A stretch of 64,000 nt of DNA. Source: Usitatibacter sp. (GTDB lineage Bacteria > Pseudomonadota > Gammaproteobacteria > Burkholderiales > Usitatibacteraceae). Positions 1-9,389 of the stretch are shown here, one piece after another. The first letter of the stretch is position 1. Each line of letters starts with the position of its first letter. The translations under genes and the position numbers were made by a program. The stretch spans positions 25,960 to 89,959 of the forward strand of contig DATIWC010000058.1 in assembly GCA_035519515.1 (NCBI GenBank). Reading direction: 5' to 3'. The notes beneath the pieces are model-generated. The model worked only from the letters and a program-made list of their open reading frames with translations, was not told where the DNA came from and ran no database searches.

Positions 1-948
1 CGTGATGCGCGCGAAGAGGTTGGACAGGACGATCTGGTTGAAGCGCCAGATCGCCTTCGCGGCGACGTAGTAGCGGCGCATCAGCAGGTCCGAGGGCGCC
101 ATGCCGGCCTTCGCGGCGAGCTTGAGCTGCCGCGCGATCTCGATCTGGTGGTCGAAGACGAGGCGGTCCTCGCGCCGCCCGGCGAGGTAGTGCAGGCGGA
201 TGCGCAGGTCCTGCAGCACGCGCTCGGCCGAGGCGATCGACGCGGCCTCCTTCGCGGTGATGATCCCCTCTTCGGCGAGCGCCTTCCACGACTGGCCCAG
301 GCCCGCGGCGCGCGCGAGCCACAGGACCATCTGCAGGTCCCTCAGCCCGCCCGGGCTCTCCTTGATGTTGGGCTCCAGGTTGTAGGCCGCTTCCTGGAAG
401 CGCTCGTGGCGGCGCTTCTGCTCCTTGAACTTCGCGTCGAAGAACGCGCGCACGTTGCGCCGCTCGCGAAGCCGCGCATCGAGCGCCGCGAGGAGATCGC
501 CGTCGCCCGCGACGAGGCGCGATTCCAGCAGGCTCGTGTCGACGGTCACGTCCTTCACGGCCTCCTCGACGCATTCCGAGGCGGTGCGCACGCTGTGGCC
601 CGGCTCGAGGCCGCTATCCCAGAGCGCGCCGATGAAGCGTTCGACCGCCGCGTCCGGCTTCGACCCGTCGGGCAGCAGCACGAGGACATCGACGTCGGAA
701 TGGGGAAAGAGCGCGCCGCGCCCGTAGCCGCCCACGCCCACCAGGGCGAACGAAGCGTTCACGCCCGCCTCGCGCCACAGCCTTTGCAGCAGCTCGTCCA
801 CCAGCGCCGCGCGCTCGGCGAGGGTGCGGGCGGCGTCGGGACTGCGAAGAAAGCGCCGCTCGAGCCTTTCGGTGTGCTCGCGCAGCCAGGCGCGGGTGTT
901 GGCGGCGGCGGTGCGGGTGGCCGAGGCGGAGGGAGCGGCGGCGGACAC
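1..948 (-). CDS. glnD: [Protein-PII] uridylyltransferase/uridylyl-removing enzyme GlnD, N-terminal ~315 aa (gene runs off the window start)
   Basis: Absent from the ORF track because it is open at the window edge. My reverse translation from a GTG at ~948 gives VSAAAPSAS...FALVGVGGYGRGALFPHSDVDVLVLLP...YNLEPNIKESPGGLRDLQMV, the nucleotidyltransferase core of GlnD. It lies directly downstream of map, as in the conserved map-glnD arrangement. The listed 148..1077 + ORF is its antisense shadow. Confidence 0.85.
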   Translation of the reverse strand, partial: MSAAAPSASATRTAAANTRAWLREHTERLERRFLRSPDAARTLAERAALVDELLQRLWREAGVNASFALVGVGGYGRGALFPHSDVDVLVLLPDGSKPDAAVERFIGALWDSGLEPGHSVRTASECVEEAVKDVTVDTSLLESRLVAGDGDLLAALDARLRERRNVRAFFDAKFKEQKRRHERFQEAAYNLEPNIKESPGGLRDLQMVLWLARAAGLGQSWKALAEEGIITAKEAASIASAERVLQDLRIRLHYLAGRREDRLVFDHQIEIARQLKLAAKAGMAPSDLLMRRYYVAAKAIWRFNQIVLSNLFARIT

Positions 949-950
949 GC

Positions 951-1769
951 CTACGCGGCCTGCGTCGCCGCCTGGACGAATCCTGGAATCTTCGGCGTGC
1001 CCGCGGAAACCGTGAGGACCTCGAAAGCCTCCTCGGTCACCAGCACCGTGTGCTCCCACTGTGCCGAGAGCGAATGATCCGCCGTGACGATGGTCCAGCC
1101 GTCGGCGAGCTGGCGAATGTCGCGCCGCCCGGCGTTGATCATGGGCTCGACGGTGAAGGTCATGCCGGGCACGATCTGCAGGCCCTGGCCGGGGCGCCCG
1201 TAGTGGAGGATCTGCGGCTCCTCGTGGAAGCGCCGGCCGATGCCGTGGCCGCAGAATTCGCGCACCACGCTGAAGCCGTTCGCCTCGGCGTGGCGCTGGA
1301 TCGCGAAGCCGATGTCGCCCAACGTGGCGCCGGGCTTCACCGCGGCGATGCCCTTCCACATGCACTCGTAGGTGACCTCGCACAGGCGCCTCGCCTGCAC
1401 GGAGGGCTCGCCCACGTAGAACATGCGGCTCGTGTCGCCGTGCCAGCCGTCCTTGATCACGGTGATGTCGATGTTCACGATGTCGCCGTGGCGCAGGATC
1501 TTGTCGCCGGGCACGCCGTGGCAGACTTGGTGGTTCACCGAGGTGCAGATGGACTTCGGATACGGGCGGTGCCCGGGCGGCGCGTAGTTGAGCGGCGCCG
1601 GCACCGTGCCCTGCACCTTGACCATGTAGTCGTGGCAGAGCTTGTCGAGCGTTCCCGTGGAAACGCCGGGCTTCACGTGGGGCGTGATGAAGTCGAGCAC
1701 CTCGGCCGCGAGGCGGCCGGCGATGCGCATCGCTTCGATGTCGGCGGGGCTCTTCACCTGCAACCCCAT
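951..1769 (-). CDS. map: Methionine aminopeptidase, type I
   Basis: ORF 951..1787. MGLQVKSPADIEAMRIAGRLAAEV aligns with the E. coli Map N-terminus as I recall it (MAISIKTPEDIEKMRVAGRLAAEV). Metal-ligand blocks GDIVNIDITV, CGHGIG and TFTVEPM are present. Start set at the internal ATG; ATG 1787 is also possible. Confidence 0.92.
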   Translation of the reverse strand: MGLQVKSPADIEAMRIAGRLAAEVLDFITPHVKPGVSTGTLDKLCHDYMVKVQGTVPAPLNYAPPGHRPYPKSICTSVNHQVCHGVPGDKILRHGDIVNIDITVIKDGWHGDTSRMFYVGEPSVQARRLCEVTYECMWKGIAAVKPGATLGDIGFAIQRHAEANGFSVVREFCGHGIGRRFHEEPQILHYGRPGQGLQIVPGMTFTVEPMINAGRRDIRQLADGWTIVTADHSLSAQWEHTVLVTEEAFEVLTVSAGTPKIPGFVQAATQAA

Positions 1770-1884
1770 GCTGTGGCGTCCTTCCATAGGCTCGGATTAT
1801 ATCGTTAGGCGGGGGGCGGGCTGGAACGGTTCCTGCGCGGCCCCGGGGGCGCCGGGCGCCCGGCCAACATGCGGCCGGAAATGT

Positions 1885-1914
1885 TTGATTCAAGGCCCCT
1901 TTTTGCGCTATAAT
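1885..1914 (+). promoter_or_regulatory. Candidate sigma70 promoter of rpsB-tsf (TTGATT - 18 nt - TATAAT)
   Basis: Near-consensus -35 and perfect -10 hexamers in the AT-richer map/rpsB divergent intergenic region. Implies a ~130-nt rpsB leader. Confidence 0.5.
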
Positions 1915-2050
1915 ATCTGGCTATCCGCTGGCGCATTTGGATTGGTCGCCAACGGAAATTCACACCCCGCGAAAGGCCAAGGTGTTGGGCGCAATCCAGG
2001 CCCAATCAAGCCGCGGGGGAGGCCAACCTGACCTAAGGAGTATTGCAAGC

Positions 2051-2803
2051 ATGTCCGTCACCATGCGCCAGATGCTGGAGGCCGGCGTTCACTTCGGCCA
2101 CCAGACGCGCTACTGGAATCCCAAGATGGCCCCGTACATCTTCGGGGCCCGCAACAAGATCCACATCATCAACCTCGAGAAGTCGCTTCCGATGTACCAG
2201 GAAGCGCTCCGGTACGTGCGCCAGCTCACCTCGAACAAGGGCCAGATCCTGTTCGTGGGCACCAAGCGGCAGGCCCGCGAGATCGTGAAGGAAGAGGCCA
2301 TGCGCGCCGGCGCGCCCTTCGTCGACCACCGCTGGCTGGGCGGCATGCTCACCAACTTCAAGACGGTGAAGGGCTCGATCAAGCGCCTGAAGGAGATGGA
2401 CGCGATGGTGGCCGACGGCTCCATCGAGCGCCTTTCCAAGAAGGAGCAGCTGCTGAACGCGCGCGAGCGCGAGAAGCTCGAGCGCTCGCTGGGCGGCATC
2501 AAGGACATGGAGCGCGTGCCCGATGCGCTCTTCGTGATCGACGTGGGCTTCCACAAGATCGCGGTCACCGAGGCGCGCACGCTGGGCATTCCCATCGTGG
2601 GCGTGGTGGACTCCAACAACTCGCTCGACGGCATCGACTACGTGATCCCGGGCAACGACGACTCCACCCGCGCCATCCGCCTGTACGCGCGCGGCGTGGC
2701 CGACGCGATCCTCGAAGGCCGCAGCCAGGTCATCAACGAGATGGTCGCCCCCGGCGGCAGCTCGGAGGATTTCGTCGAGGTCGAGGAACAGGAAAAGCAG
2801 TAA
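2051..2803 (+). CDS. rpsB: 30S ribosomal protein S2
   Basis: Frame of ORF 1937..2803. Start moved to ATG 2051 ([26 protein letters not shown], the canonical S2 N-terminus), preceded by AAGGAG. Confidence 0.95.
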   Translation: MSVTMRQMLEAGVHFGHQTRYWNPKMAPYIFGARNKIHIINLEKSLPMYQEALRYVRQLTSNKGQILFVGTKRQAREIVKEEAMRAGAPFVDHRWLGGMLTNFKTVKGSIKRLKEMDAMVADGSIERLSKKEQLLNAREREKLERSLGGIKDMERVPDALFVIDVGFHKIAVTEARTLGIPIVGVVDSNNSLDGIDYVIPGNDDSTRAIRLYARGVADAILEGRSQVINEMVAPGGSSEDFVEVEEQEKQ

Positions 2804-2827
2804 GGGGTCACAGCACCGACCCGCACG

Positions 2828-2854
2828 AAAAGGGGCTGATCGGGCCCCTTTTTT
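2828..2854 (+). terminator. Rho-independent terminator/attenuator hairpin between rpsB and tsf
   Basis: AAAA-GGGGC-(7-nt loop)-GCCCC-TTTTTT about 25 nt after the rpsB stop. tsf follows, so it probably gives partial termination. Confidence 0.5.
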
Positions 2855-2892
2855 GCATCCCCGCATCCGGGGACGACGAATCGGAGATTTGA

Positions 2893-3774
2893 ATGGCAGA
2901 GATCACGGCAGGGCTGGTCAAGGAGCTTCGCGAGATCACGGGGCTCGGCATGATGGAATGCAAGAAGGCGCTCGAGGAAGCGGGCGGCGACATCAGTAAG
3001 GCGGAGGAGCTGCTGCGCATCAAGAGCGGCGCGAAGGCCTCCAAGGCCGCCTCGCGCGTGGCCGCCGACGGCGCGGTCGCCACCTGGCTCTCGCCCGACG
3101 GCAAGGTGGGCGCGATCGTGGAAGTGAACGCCGAGACGGACTTCGTCGCGAAGAACCCGGACTTCACGCAGTTCGCCGCGGCGCTCGCCGAGCTCGTCGG
3201 CCGGCAGTCCCCGGCCAGCGTGGAGGCGCTCTCCCAGATGAAGATCGGGGCCGAGACGGTGGAGTCCACCCGCCAGAAGCTCGTGCAGAAGATCGGCGAG
3301 AACATCAGCGTGCGCCGCTTCGCGCGCATCGAGGCCAACGGCAAGCTCGTGCAGTACGTGCACCCGGGCTCCAAGATCGCGGTGCTGGTGGACGTCGAGG
3401 GCCCCGAAACGGTGGCCAAGGACGTCTCCATGCACATCGCGTTCGCGAAGCCGCGCTTCATGTCGCGCAACGACGTCGATCCCCAGGTGATCGCCGGCGA
3501 GCGCAAGATCCTCGAGGCGCGCGCGGCCGAATCCGGCAAGCCGCCGGAGATCGTGGCGAAGATGGTCGAGGGCGGCATCAACAAGTTCCTCGCCGAGATC
3601 ACGCTGCTCGGCCAGCCGTTCGTGAAGGACGACAAGCAGACCGTCGAGAAGATGCTCGCGGCGCAGAAGTCGAGGCTGCACGGCTACCGCTTCCTGGTGG
3701 TGGGCGAGGGCATCGAGAAGAAGCAGGCGGACTTCGCCGCCGAGGTGGCGGCGATGGCAAAGACCGCGGCGTGA
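2893..3774 (+). CDS. tsf: Translation elongation factor Ts
   Basis: 293 aa. N-terminus [29 protein letters not shown] is the EF-Ts UBA-like domain. Conserved rpsB-tsf order. Confidence 0.95.
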   Translation: MAEITAGLVKELREITGLGMMECKKALEEAGGDISKAEELLRIKSGAKASKAASRVAADGAVATWLSPDGKVGAIVEVNAETDFVAKNPDFTQFAAALAELVGRQSPASVEALSQMKIGAETVESTRQKLVQKIGENISVRRFARIEANGKLVQYVHPGSKIAVLVDVEGPETVAKDVSMHIAFAKPRFMSRNDVDPQVIAGERKILEARAAESGKPPEIVAKMVEGGINKFLAEITLLGQPFVKDDKQTVEKMLAAQKSRLHGYRFLVVGEGIEKKQADFAAEVAAMAKTAA

Positions 3775-4535
3775 CCGGCACGACCATGGCCGACGGCCGC
3801 GCCGAGCAGGCCAACCCGCCGGCCCAGCCCGCCTACCAGCGCATCCTCCTCAAGCTTTCGGGGGAGGCGCTGATGGGCGACGACTCGTTCGGCATCAACC
3901 GCGAGATGGTCGAGCGCATCGTGGCCGAGGTGAAGGAAGTCTCGGACCTCGGCGTGCAGGTGGCGGTGGTGATCGGCGGGGGCAACATCTTCCGCGGCGT
4001 CTCGCAGGGCGCGGCCGGCATGGACCGCGCCACGGCCGACTACATGGGCATGCTCGCCACCGTGATCAACGCGCTCGCCCTGGGCGACGCGATGAACCGC
4101 GGGGGCCTCGTGGCGCGCGTGCAGTCGGCGCTCAGCATCGAGCCCGTGGTGGAGCCCTACCTCCGCGGCAAGGCGATCCGCTACCTCGAGGAGGGCAAGA
4201 TCGTCATCTTCGCGGCGGGCACCGGCAACCCCTTCTTCACCACGGATACGGCGGCGGCGCTGCGCGGGCGCGAGGTCGAGGCCAACATCGTCCTCAAGGC
4301 CACCAAGGTGGACGGCGTGTACACGGCCGACCCGCTCAAGGACAAGACCGCGACCCGCTACGGCAAGATCACCTTCGACGAGGCGTTCGTGAAGAACCTC
4401 AAGGTGATGGACGCCACGGCCCTTGCGCTCTGCCGCGACCAGCGTCTGCCGATCAACGTATTCTCCATATTCAAGGCCGGCGCGCTGAAGCGCGTCGTGA
4501 TGGGCGAGGACGAAGGCACCCTCGTCCATAACTAG
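3771..4535 (+). CDS. pyrH: UMP kinase
   Basis: Motifs [22 protein letters not shown] and [20 protein letters not shown]. The GTG start overlaps the tsf stop (GTGA). ATG 3786 is an alternative. Confidence 0.9.
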   Translation: MTGTTMADGRAEQANPPAQPAYQRILLKLSGEALMGDDSFGINREMVERIVAEVKEVSDLGVQVAVVIGGGNIFRGVSQGAAGMDRATADYMGMLATVINALALGDAMNRGGLVARVQSALSIEPVVEPYLRGKAIRYLEEGKIVIFAAGTGNPFFTTDTAAALRGREVEANIVLKATKVDGVYTADPLKDKTATRYGKITFDEAFVKNLKVMDATALALCRDQRLPINVFSIFKAGALKRVVMGEDEGTLVHN

Positions 4536-4618
4536 ATGAAATCTGTATTCTTGACGGGCAGCGGGGCGGCCGTTGGAGCGGACGCAGCCGCTCAACGGCG
4601 CGTGACAGGGGGAACCTG

Positions 4619-5179
4619 ATGAGTATTGCCGAGATCAAGAAACAGGCCACCGACAAGATGGCCAAGTCCATCGAGACGCTCAAGCACGACCTCGCGAAAG
4701 TGCGCACCGGCCGCGCCCACACGGGCCTCATCGACCACCTGCGCGTCGACTACTACGGCACCGAGACCCCCATCAACCAGGTCGCCAACGTGACGCTGGC
4801 CGATGCGCGCACCATTTCGATCCAGCCGTTCGAGAAGAAGATGGTCCAGGCCGTGGAACGGGCGATCCGGGATTCCGACCTCGGCGTGAACCCGGCGACC
4901 TCCGGCGATGTCATCCGGGTGCCGATGCCGGCCCTCACGGAGGAGCGGCGCCGGGAGCTCGCCAAGATCGTGAAGCACGAGGGCGAGAACGCCAAGGTCG
5001 CGGTGCGCAACATCCGCCGCGACGCGATGGCCCACGTGAAGGCCCTGATGAAGGACGGCGAGGTGAGCGAGGACGACGACAAGCGCGCCGAGAAGGAGAT
5101 CCAGGCGCTCACCGACAAGTCGATCGCGGACATCGACAAGCTGGTGGCCGAGAAGGAAAAGGACCTGATGGCGGTATGA
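4619..5179 (+). CDS. frr: Ribosome recycling factor
   Basis: 186 aa of typical RRF length and sequence (…VRTGRAH…[10 protein letters not shown]…[15 protein letters not shown]…). Conserved position after pyrH. Confidence 0.95.
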   Translation: MSIAEIKKQATDKMAKSIETLKHDLAKVRTGRAHTGLIDHLRVDYYGTETPINQVANVTLADARTISIQPFEKKMVQAVERAIRDSDLGVNPATSGDVIRVPMPALTEERRRELAKIVKHEGENAKVAVRNIRRDAMAHVKALMKDGEVSEDDDKRAEKEIQALTDKSIADIDKLVAEKEKDLMAV

Positions 5180-5943
5180 GCGAGTTCCAGTCGTCCACGA
5201 AGGTGATCCCCGAGACCGCGGTCGTGCCGCGCCACGTCGCGATCATCATGGACGGCAACGGGCGCTGGGCCAAGCAACGGTTCCTGCCGCGCGTGGCCGG
5301 CCACCGCAAGGGCGTGGAGGCGGTGCGCGAGACGGTGAAGGCGTGCGCCAAGGCGGGCGTGGACTACCTCACCCTCTTCGCCTTCTCGAGCGAGAACTGG
5401 CGCCGCCCGCCCGAGGAAGTCTCCTTCCTGATGCAGCTTTTCCTGCGCGCCCTCGAGCAGGAAGTCGGCAAGCTCCACGACAACGGCATCCGCTTCCGCG
5501 TGGTGGGCGACCTCGCGGCCTTCGACGAGCGGCTGCTGCGCCACATCCAGCGCGGCGAGGCGCTCACGCGCGACAACAAGGGGCTCACCCTCACCATCGC
5601 GGCCAACTACGGCGGCCGCTGGGACATCCTGCAGGCCGCGGAACGTTGCCGCCTGGAGGATCCGTCGGCGCCCGTGACCGAGGAGCGGCTCGCCCGTTTC
5701 CTGTCCATGGCCTACGCGCCCGAGCCCGACCTCTTCATCCGCACCGGCGGCGAGCAGCGCGTGTCCAACTTCCTGCTCTGGCAGCTCGCGTACACCGAGC
5801 TCTATTTCACCGAAGCGTTGTGGCCCGACTTCGGCGCGGCCCTGCTCGACGAGGCGTTCACCTCGTACCGCGCCCGCGAACGCCGCTTCGGGCGCACCAG
5901 CGAGCAGCTCAAGGAAGGCGAGCCGGTTCCGCAGGCCGGCTGA
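5176..5943 (+). CDS. uppS: Ditrans,polycis-undecaprenyl-diphosphate synthase
   Basis: [13 protein letters not shown] and [23 protein letters not shown] signatures. ATGA overlap with the frr stop. Confidence 0.93.
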   Translation: MSEFQSSTKVIPETAVVPRHVAIIMDGNGRWAKQRFLPRVAGHRKGVEAVRETVKACAKAGVDYLTLFAFSSENWRRPPEEVSFLMQLFLRALEQEVGKLHDNGIRFRVVGDLAAFDERLLRHIQRGEALTRDNKGLTLTIAANYGGRWDILQAAERCRLEDPSAPVTEERLARFLSMAYAPEPDLFIRTGGEQRVSNFLLWQLAYTELYFTEALWPDFGAALLDEAFTSYRARERRFGRTSEQLKEGEPVPQAG

Positions 5944-5951
5944 AGCCCCGC

Positions 5952-6800
5952 TTGCTGCGCACGCGCGTCATCACGGCGGTGGTCGTCCTCGCGGTGCTCC
6001 TCGCCATGCTGTTCCTCGCGCCCGCCGCGGCGTGGGCCGCGTTCGTGCTGGTGGTGGCGCTCGTCGCCTGCTGGGAGTGGTCGGGCCTTTCCGCGCTCGC
6101 GCCCAGGGCGCAGGGCATCTACCTCTTCGCCTCCGGCGCGCTGGGCGCCGCGTTCTGGCTGCTCTACCTGCGCGATCCGCGCGGGACCTTCATGGACGCC
6201 GCGACGGTCGCGTTCATCCTCTCGGCCATCTTCTGGGTCGTGGCCGCGCCCATCTGGCTCGCGCGCCTGGGCCGGCCCCGCGCGGGCACCTGCGCCCTGG
6301 CCGGGTGGCTCGTGATGTGGCCCACCTGGTTCGCGTTCGTCGTGCTGAGGGATGCGAGCCCGTGGCTGCTGCTCGCCATCGCCGCCATCGTGTGGATCGC
6401 CGACATCGCGGCGTATTTCGCCGGGCGCGCCTTCGGTCGCCACAAGCTCGCGCCCGCGATTTCACCCGGCAAGACCTGGGAGGGCGTCTATGGCGCGCTC
6501 GCGGGAGTCGCCGCTTACGGGCTCGTGCTCGCGTGGCTCGCGCGCGTGCAGCCGTGGCCCGTCCCGCCGGTTGCGGGCGCCGCGCTCGGCGCGCCGCTCG
6601 TGGGCGCGATGCTGGTGCTCGCGGTCCTGAGCGTCGTGGGCGACCTCTTCGAGTCGTGGATGAAGCGCGGCGCGGGGCTCAAGGATTCCAGCTCGCTGCT
6701 GCCCGGGCACGGCGGCGTGCTCGACCGCATCGACGCGCTCACCTCGACGCTGCCGGTGGCGGCGTTCGCCCTGTCGTTGAAGCTCGGGGGCGCGGCGTGA
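5952..6800 (+). CDS. cdsA: Phosphatidate cytidylyltransferase
   Basis: C-terminal ~282 aa of listed ORF 5343..6800. Multi-TM, with SPGKTWEG and [31 protein letters not shown] signatures. The first canonical start is TTG 5952. A CTG at 5940 overlaps the uppS stop. Confidence 0.85.
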   Translation: MLRTRVITAVVVLAVLLAMLFLAPAAAWAAFVLVVALVACWEWSGLSALAPRAQGIYLFASGALGAAFWLLYLRDPRGTFMDAATVAFILSAIFWVVAAPIWLARLGRPRAGTCALAGWLVMWPTWFAFVVLRDASPWLLLAIAAIVWIADIAAYFAGRAFGRHKLAPAISPGKTWEGVYGALAGVAAYGLVLAWLARVQPWPVPPVAGAALGAPLVGAMLVLAVLSVVGDLFESWMKRGAGLKDSSSLLPGHGGVLDRIDALTSTLPVAAFALSLKLGGAA

Positions 6801-8011
6801 AGCGCATCGCGATCCTCGGCTCCACCGGATCCATCGGCAAGAGCACGCTCGACGTCGTGGCGCGCCATCCCACCCGCTTCCGCGTGACGGCGCTCGCGGC
6901 GGCCAAGAGCGATGCGCTGCTGCTCGAGCAATGCTTCCACCACCGCCCCGCGCACGCGGTGCTGCGCGATCCCGACGCCGCCGAGCGCCTTCGCCGCGGG
7001 CTCGCGCAGCGCGGCGTGGAAACCGAAGTGCACTGCGGGCCGGAGGCGCTCGAGGCCGTCGTCGCACGCGACGACGTGGACGCGGTGATGGCGGCGATCG
7101 TGGGCGCGGCGGGGCTTCCCGCGACGCTCGCGGCGGCGCGCGCCGGCAAGGAAGTCCTGCTCGCCAACAAGGAGGCGCTCGTCATGTCGGGGGCGCTCTT
7201 CATGCGCGCCGTGGCCGAGGGCGGCGCGAGGCTCCTGCCCATCGACAGCGAGCATTCCGCGCTCTTCCAGTCGCTGCCGCGCGGCTTCACGTGCGGGCGC
7301 GAAGGCGAGCTCGAGCGCGCCGGCGTGCGCCGGCTGCTCCTCACCGCCTCGGGCGGGCCGTTCCGGACCACGCCCATCGAGCGGCTCGCGCGCGTGACGC
7401 CCCAGCAGGCGGTGGCGCATCCCAACTGGGTGATGGGGCAGAAGATCTCGGTGGACTCGGCCACCATGATGAACAAGGGCCTCGAGGTGATCGAGGCGCA
7501 TTGGCTGTTCGGCGCGCCGCTGGAGGCGATCCAGATCGTGGTGCACCCGCAGAGCGTGATCCACTCGATGGTGGAATACGCCGACGGCTCGGTGATCGCG
7601 CAGCTGGGCGCGCCCGACATGCGCACGCCGATCGCCTGCGCGCTCGCCCATCCCGAGCGCATCGAGTCGGGTGCCGCGCCGCTCGATTTCACCACGCTCG
7701 GCAGCCTCGAGTTCGAGCGCGTGGACGGCCTTCGATTCCCGTGCGTGGCGCTCGCGCGCGAGGCGCTGCGCGTGGGCGGCACGGCGCCCGCCGCGCTCAA
7801 CGCCGCCAACGAGATCGCCGTCGAGTCGTTCCTCGAGGGAAGGCTCGCGTTCACCGGCATCGCGGAGGTGATCGAAAGCGTGCTCGCCGAGGCGGCGGCC
7901 GAGCCGCTGGTTTCCCTCGAGCAGGTCTATGCCGCGGACGTGGAAGCGCGGGCGCTCGCGCGCCGCTTCGTCGCGCGCCGATCGCCCATGGCGGCCGGCG
8001 CGGCGGGATAA
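6797..8011 (+). CDS. dxr: 1-deoxy-D-xylulose 5-phosphate reductoisomerase
   Basis: [20 protein letters not shown] (NADPH motif), [10 protein letters not shown] and [16 protein letters not shown] 6797 overlaps the cdsA stop (GTGA). The upstream part of listed ORF 6032..8011 is non-genic read-through. Confidence 0.92.
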   Translation: MKRIAILGSTGSIGKSTLDVVARHPTRFRVTALAAAKSDALLLEQCFHHRPAHAVLRDPDAAERLRRGLAQRGVETEVHCGPEALEAVVARDDVDAVMAAIVGAAGLPATLAAARAGKEVLLANKEALVMSGALFMRAVAEGGARLLPIDSEHSALFQSLPRGFTCGREGELERAGVRRLLLTASGGPFRTTPIERLARVTPQQAVAHPNWVMGQKISVDSATMMNKGLEVIEAHWLFGAPLEAIQIVVHPQSVIHSMVEYADGSVIAQLGAPDMRTPIACALAHPERIESGAAPLDFTTLGSLEFERVDGLRFPCVALAREALRVGGTAPAALNAANEIAVESFLEGRLAFTGIAEVIESVLAEAAAEPLVSLEQVYAADVEARALARRFVARRSPMAAGAAG

Positions 8012-8017
8012 TCGGGC

Positions 8018-9382
8018 ATGGGCGAACTTTTCTCCACCGTCGTCGCTTTCCTCGTCACCGTGGGCGTGCTCGTGGTCGTGCACGAGTTCGGCCACTACCT
8101 CGCCGCGCGCGCGATGGACGTGAAGATCCTTCGCTTCAACATCGGGTTCGGCAAGCCGCTCTTCCTGCGCCGGCGCGGCCGCGACCACACCGAGTGGGTG
8201 GTGGCGGCGGTTCCGCTGGGCGGCTACGTGAAGATGCTGGACGAGCGGGAAGGGCCCGTCCCGCCCGGGGAGGAGCCGCGCGCGTTCAACAACAAGAGCG
8301 TGTGGGCGCGCTCGTTCATCGTGCTGGCCGGGCCCATCGCGAATTTCCTGCTCGCGATCGCGCTCTACTGGGTGCTCTTCGTGGCGGGCATGCCCGGGGA
8401 CGTGCCCGTGCTCGCCGATCCGCCGCGCGGCACGCCCGCGGCCGTGGCGGGGCTCGCCTCCGGCGACACGATCACCCACGTGGGCGACGAGGCCGTGCAG
8501 ACCTGGAGCGACGTGCGCTGGGCGATGCTCAAGCACGCGGTGGCCCGCGACGAGACCGTGGTCGAGGTGCGCTCGCGCGATGGCCGGCGCGAGGTGAACC
8601 GCCTCGACATGTCGAGCCTCACCAGGGAGGACCTGGACCAGGACCTGCTCGTGAAGCTCGGCATCCGCGCCTACCGCCCCGCGTTCGCGCCGCGCCTGGG
8701 CCCGCCCGCGCCCGCGAGCCCCGCCGAACGCGCGGGCTTCCGCGAGGGCGACCTGGTGACGGCGGTCGACGGCGTGACCATCGCGACCTGGGACGAGTTC
8801 GTGGGCCGGGTGCGGCCCGCCGCGGGCCGCAGGCTCGCGGTCGAGGTGGAGCGCGAGGGCGCGAAGCTCGTGATCGACGCGGTGCCCGAGGCGCGCAAGG
8901 ACGGAGCGGGCCAACTGGGCCTGCAGCCCGCGCTGGCGGTGCTCAAGAAGGCCTACGAGCCCTTCACGACCACCGTGCGGTACGGCCCCGCCGAGGCGGC
9001 AGCCAGGGCGGTGGAGAAGGTGTGGGACCTCTCGGTCTTCAGCGTGAAGATGCTCGCCCGCATGGTGATGGGGCAGCTTTCGTGGAAGAACCTTTCCGGG
9101 CCCATCACGATCGCCGACTATGCCGGGCAATCGGCGCGCCTGGGCTGGGTCACGTCGCTCGGCTTCCTCGCCCTCGTGAGCGTGAGCCTGGGCGTGCTCA
9201 ACTTGCTGCCCATTCCCCTGCTGGATGGGGGGCACCTGGTGTATTATTTCGCCGAAATCGTGAAGGGCACGCCAGTCTCGGAGAAAACGATGGAAATAGG
9301 CCAGCGCCTCGGCCTCGCCCTGCTCCTGGGACTCACGTTCTTCGCGTTCTACAACGACCTAAACCGCCTCTTCACGGGTTGA
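8018..9382 (+). CDS. rseP: Site-2 (RIP) zinc metalloprotease RseP
   Basis: HEFGH in the first TM segment, PDZ-like central region, C-terminal NLLPIPLLDGGH motif. Conserved dxr-rseP-bamA order. Confidence 0.92.
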   Translation: MGELFSTVVAFLVTVGVLVVVHEFGHYLAARAMDVKILRFNIGFGKPLFLRRRGRDHTEWVVAAVPLGGYVKMLDEREGPVPPGEEPRAFNNKSVWARSFIVLAGPIANFLLAIALYWVLFVAGMPGDVPVLADPPRGTPAAVAGLASGDTITHVGDEAVQTWSDVRWAMLKHAVARDETVVEVRSRDGRREVNRLDMSSLTREDLDQDLLVKLGIRAYRPAFAPRLGPPAPASPAERAGFREGDLVTAVDGVTIATWDEFVGRVRPAAGRRLAVEVEREGAKLVIDAVPEARKDGAGQLGLQPALAVLKKAYEPFTTTVRYGPAEAAARAVEKVWDLSVFSVKMLARMVMGQLSWKNLSGPITIADYAGQSARLGWVTSLGFLALVSVSLGVLNLLPIPLLDGGHLVYYFAEIVKGTPVSEKTMEIGQRLGLALLLGLTFFAFYNDLNRLFTG

Positions 9383-9389
9383 ACCCCTG

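Noticed and set aside
148-1077. 309-aa + strand ORF at the window start
   Set aside because: It is antisense to a clear GlnD N-terminal coding frame on the minus strand. Its translation is low-complexity and R/A/G-rich with no recognisable motifs, which is typical of a GC-driven shadow ORF.
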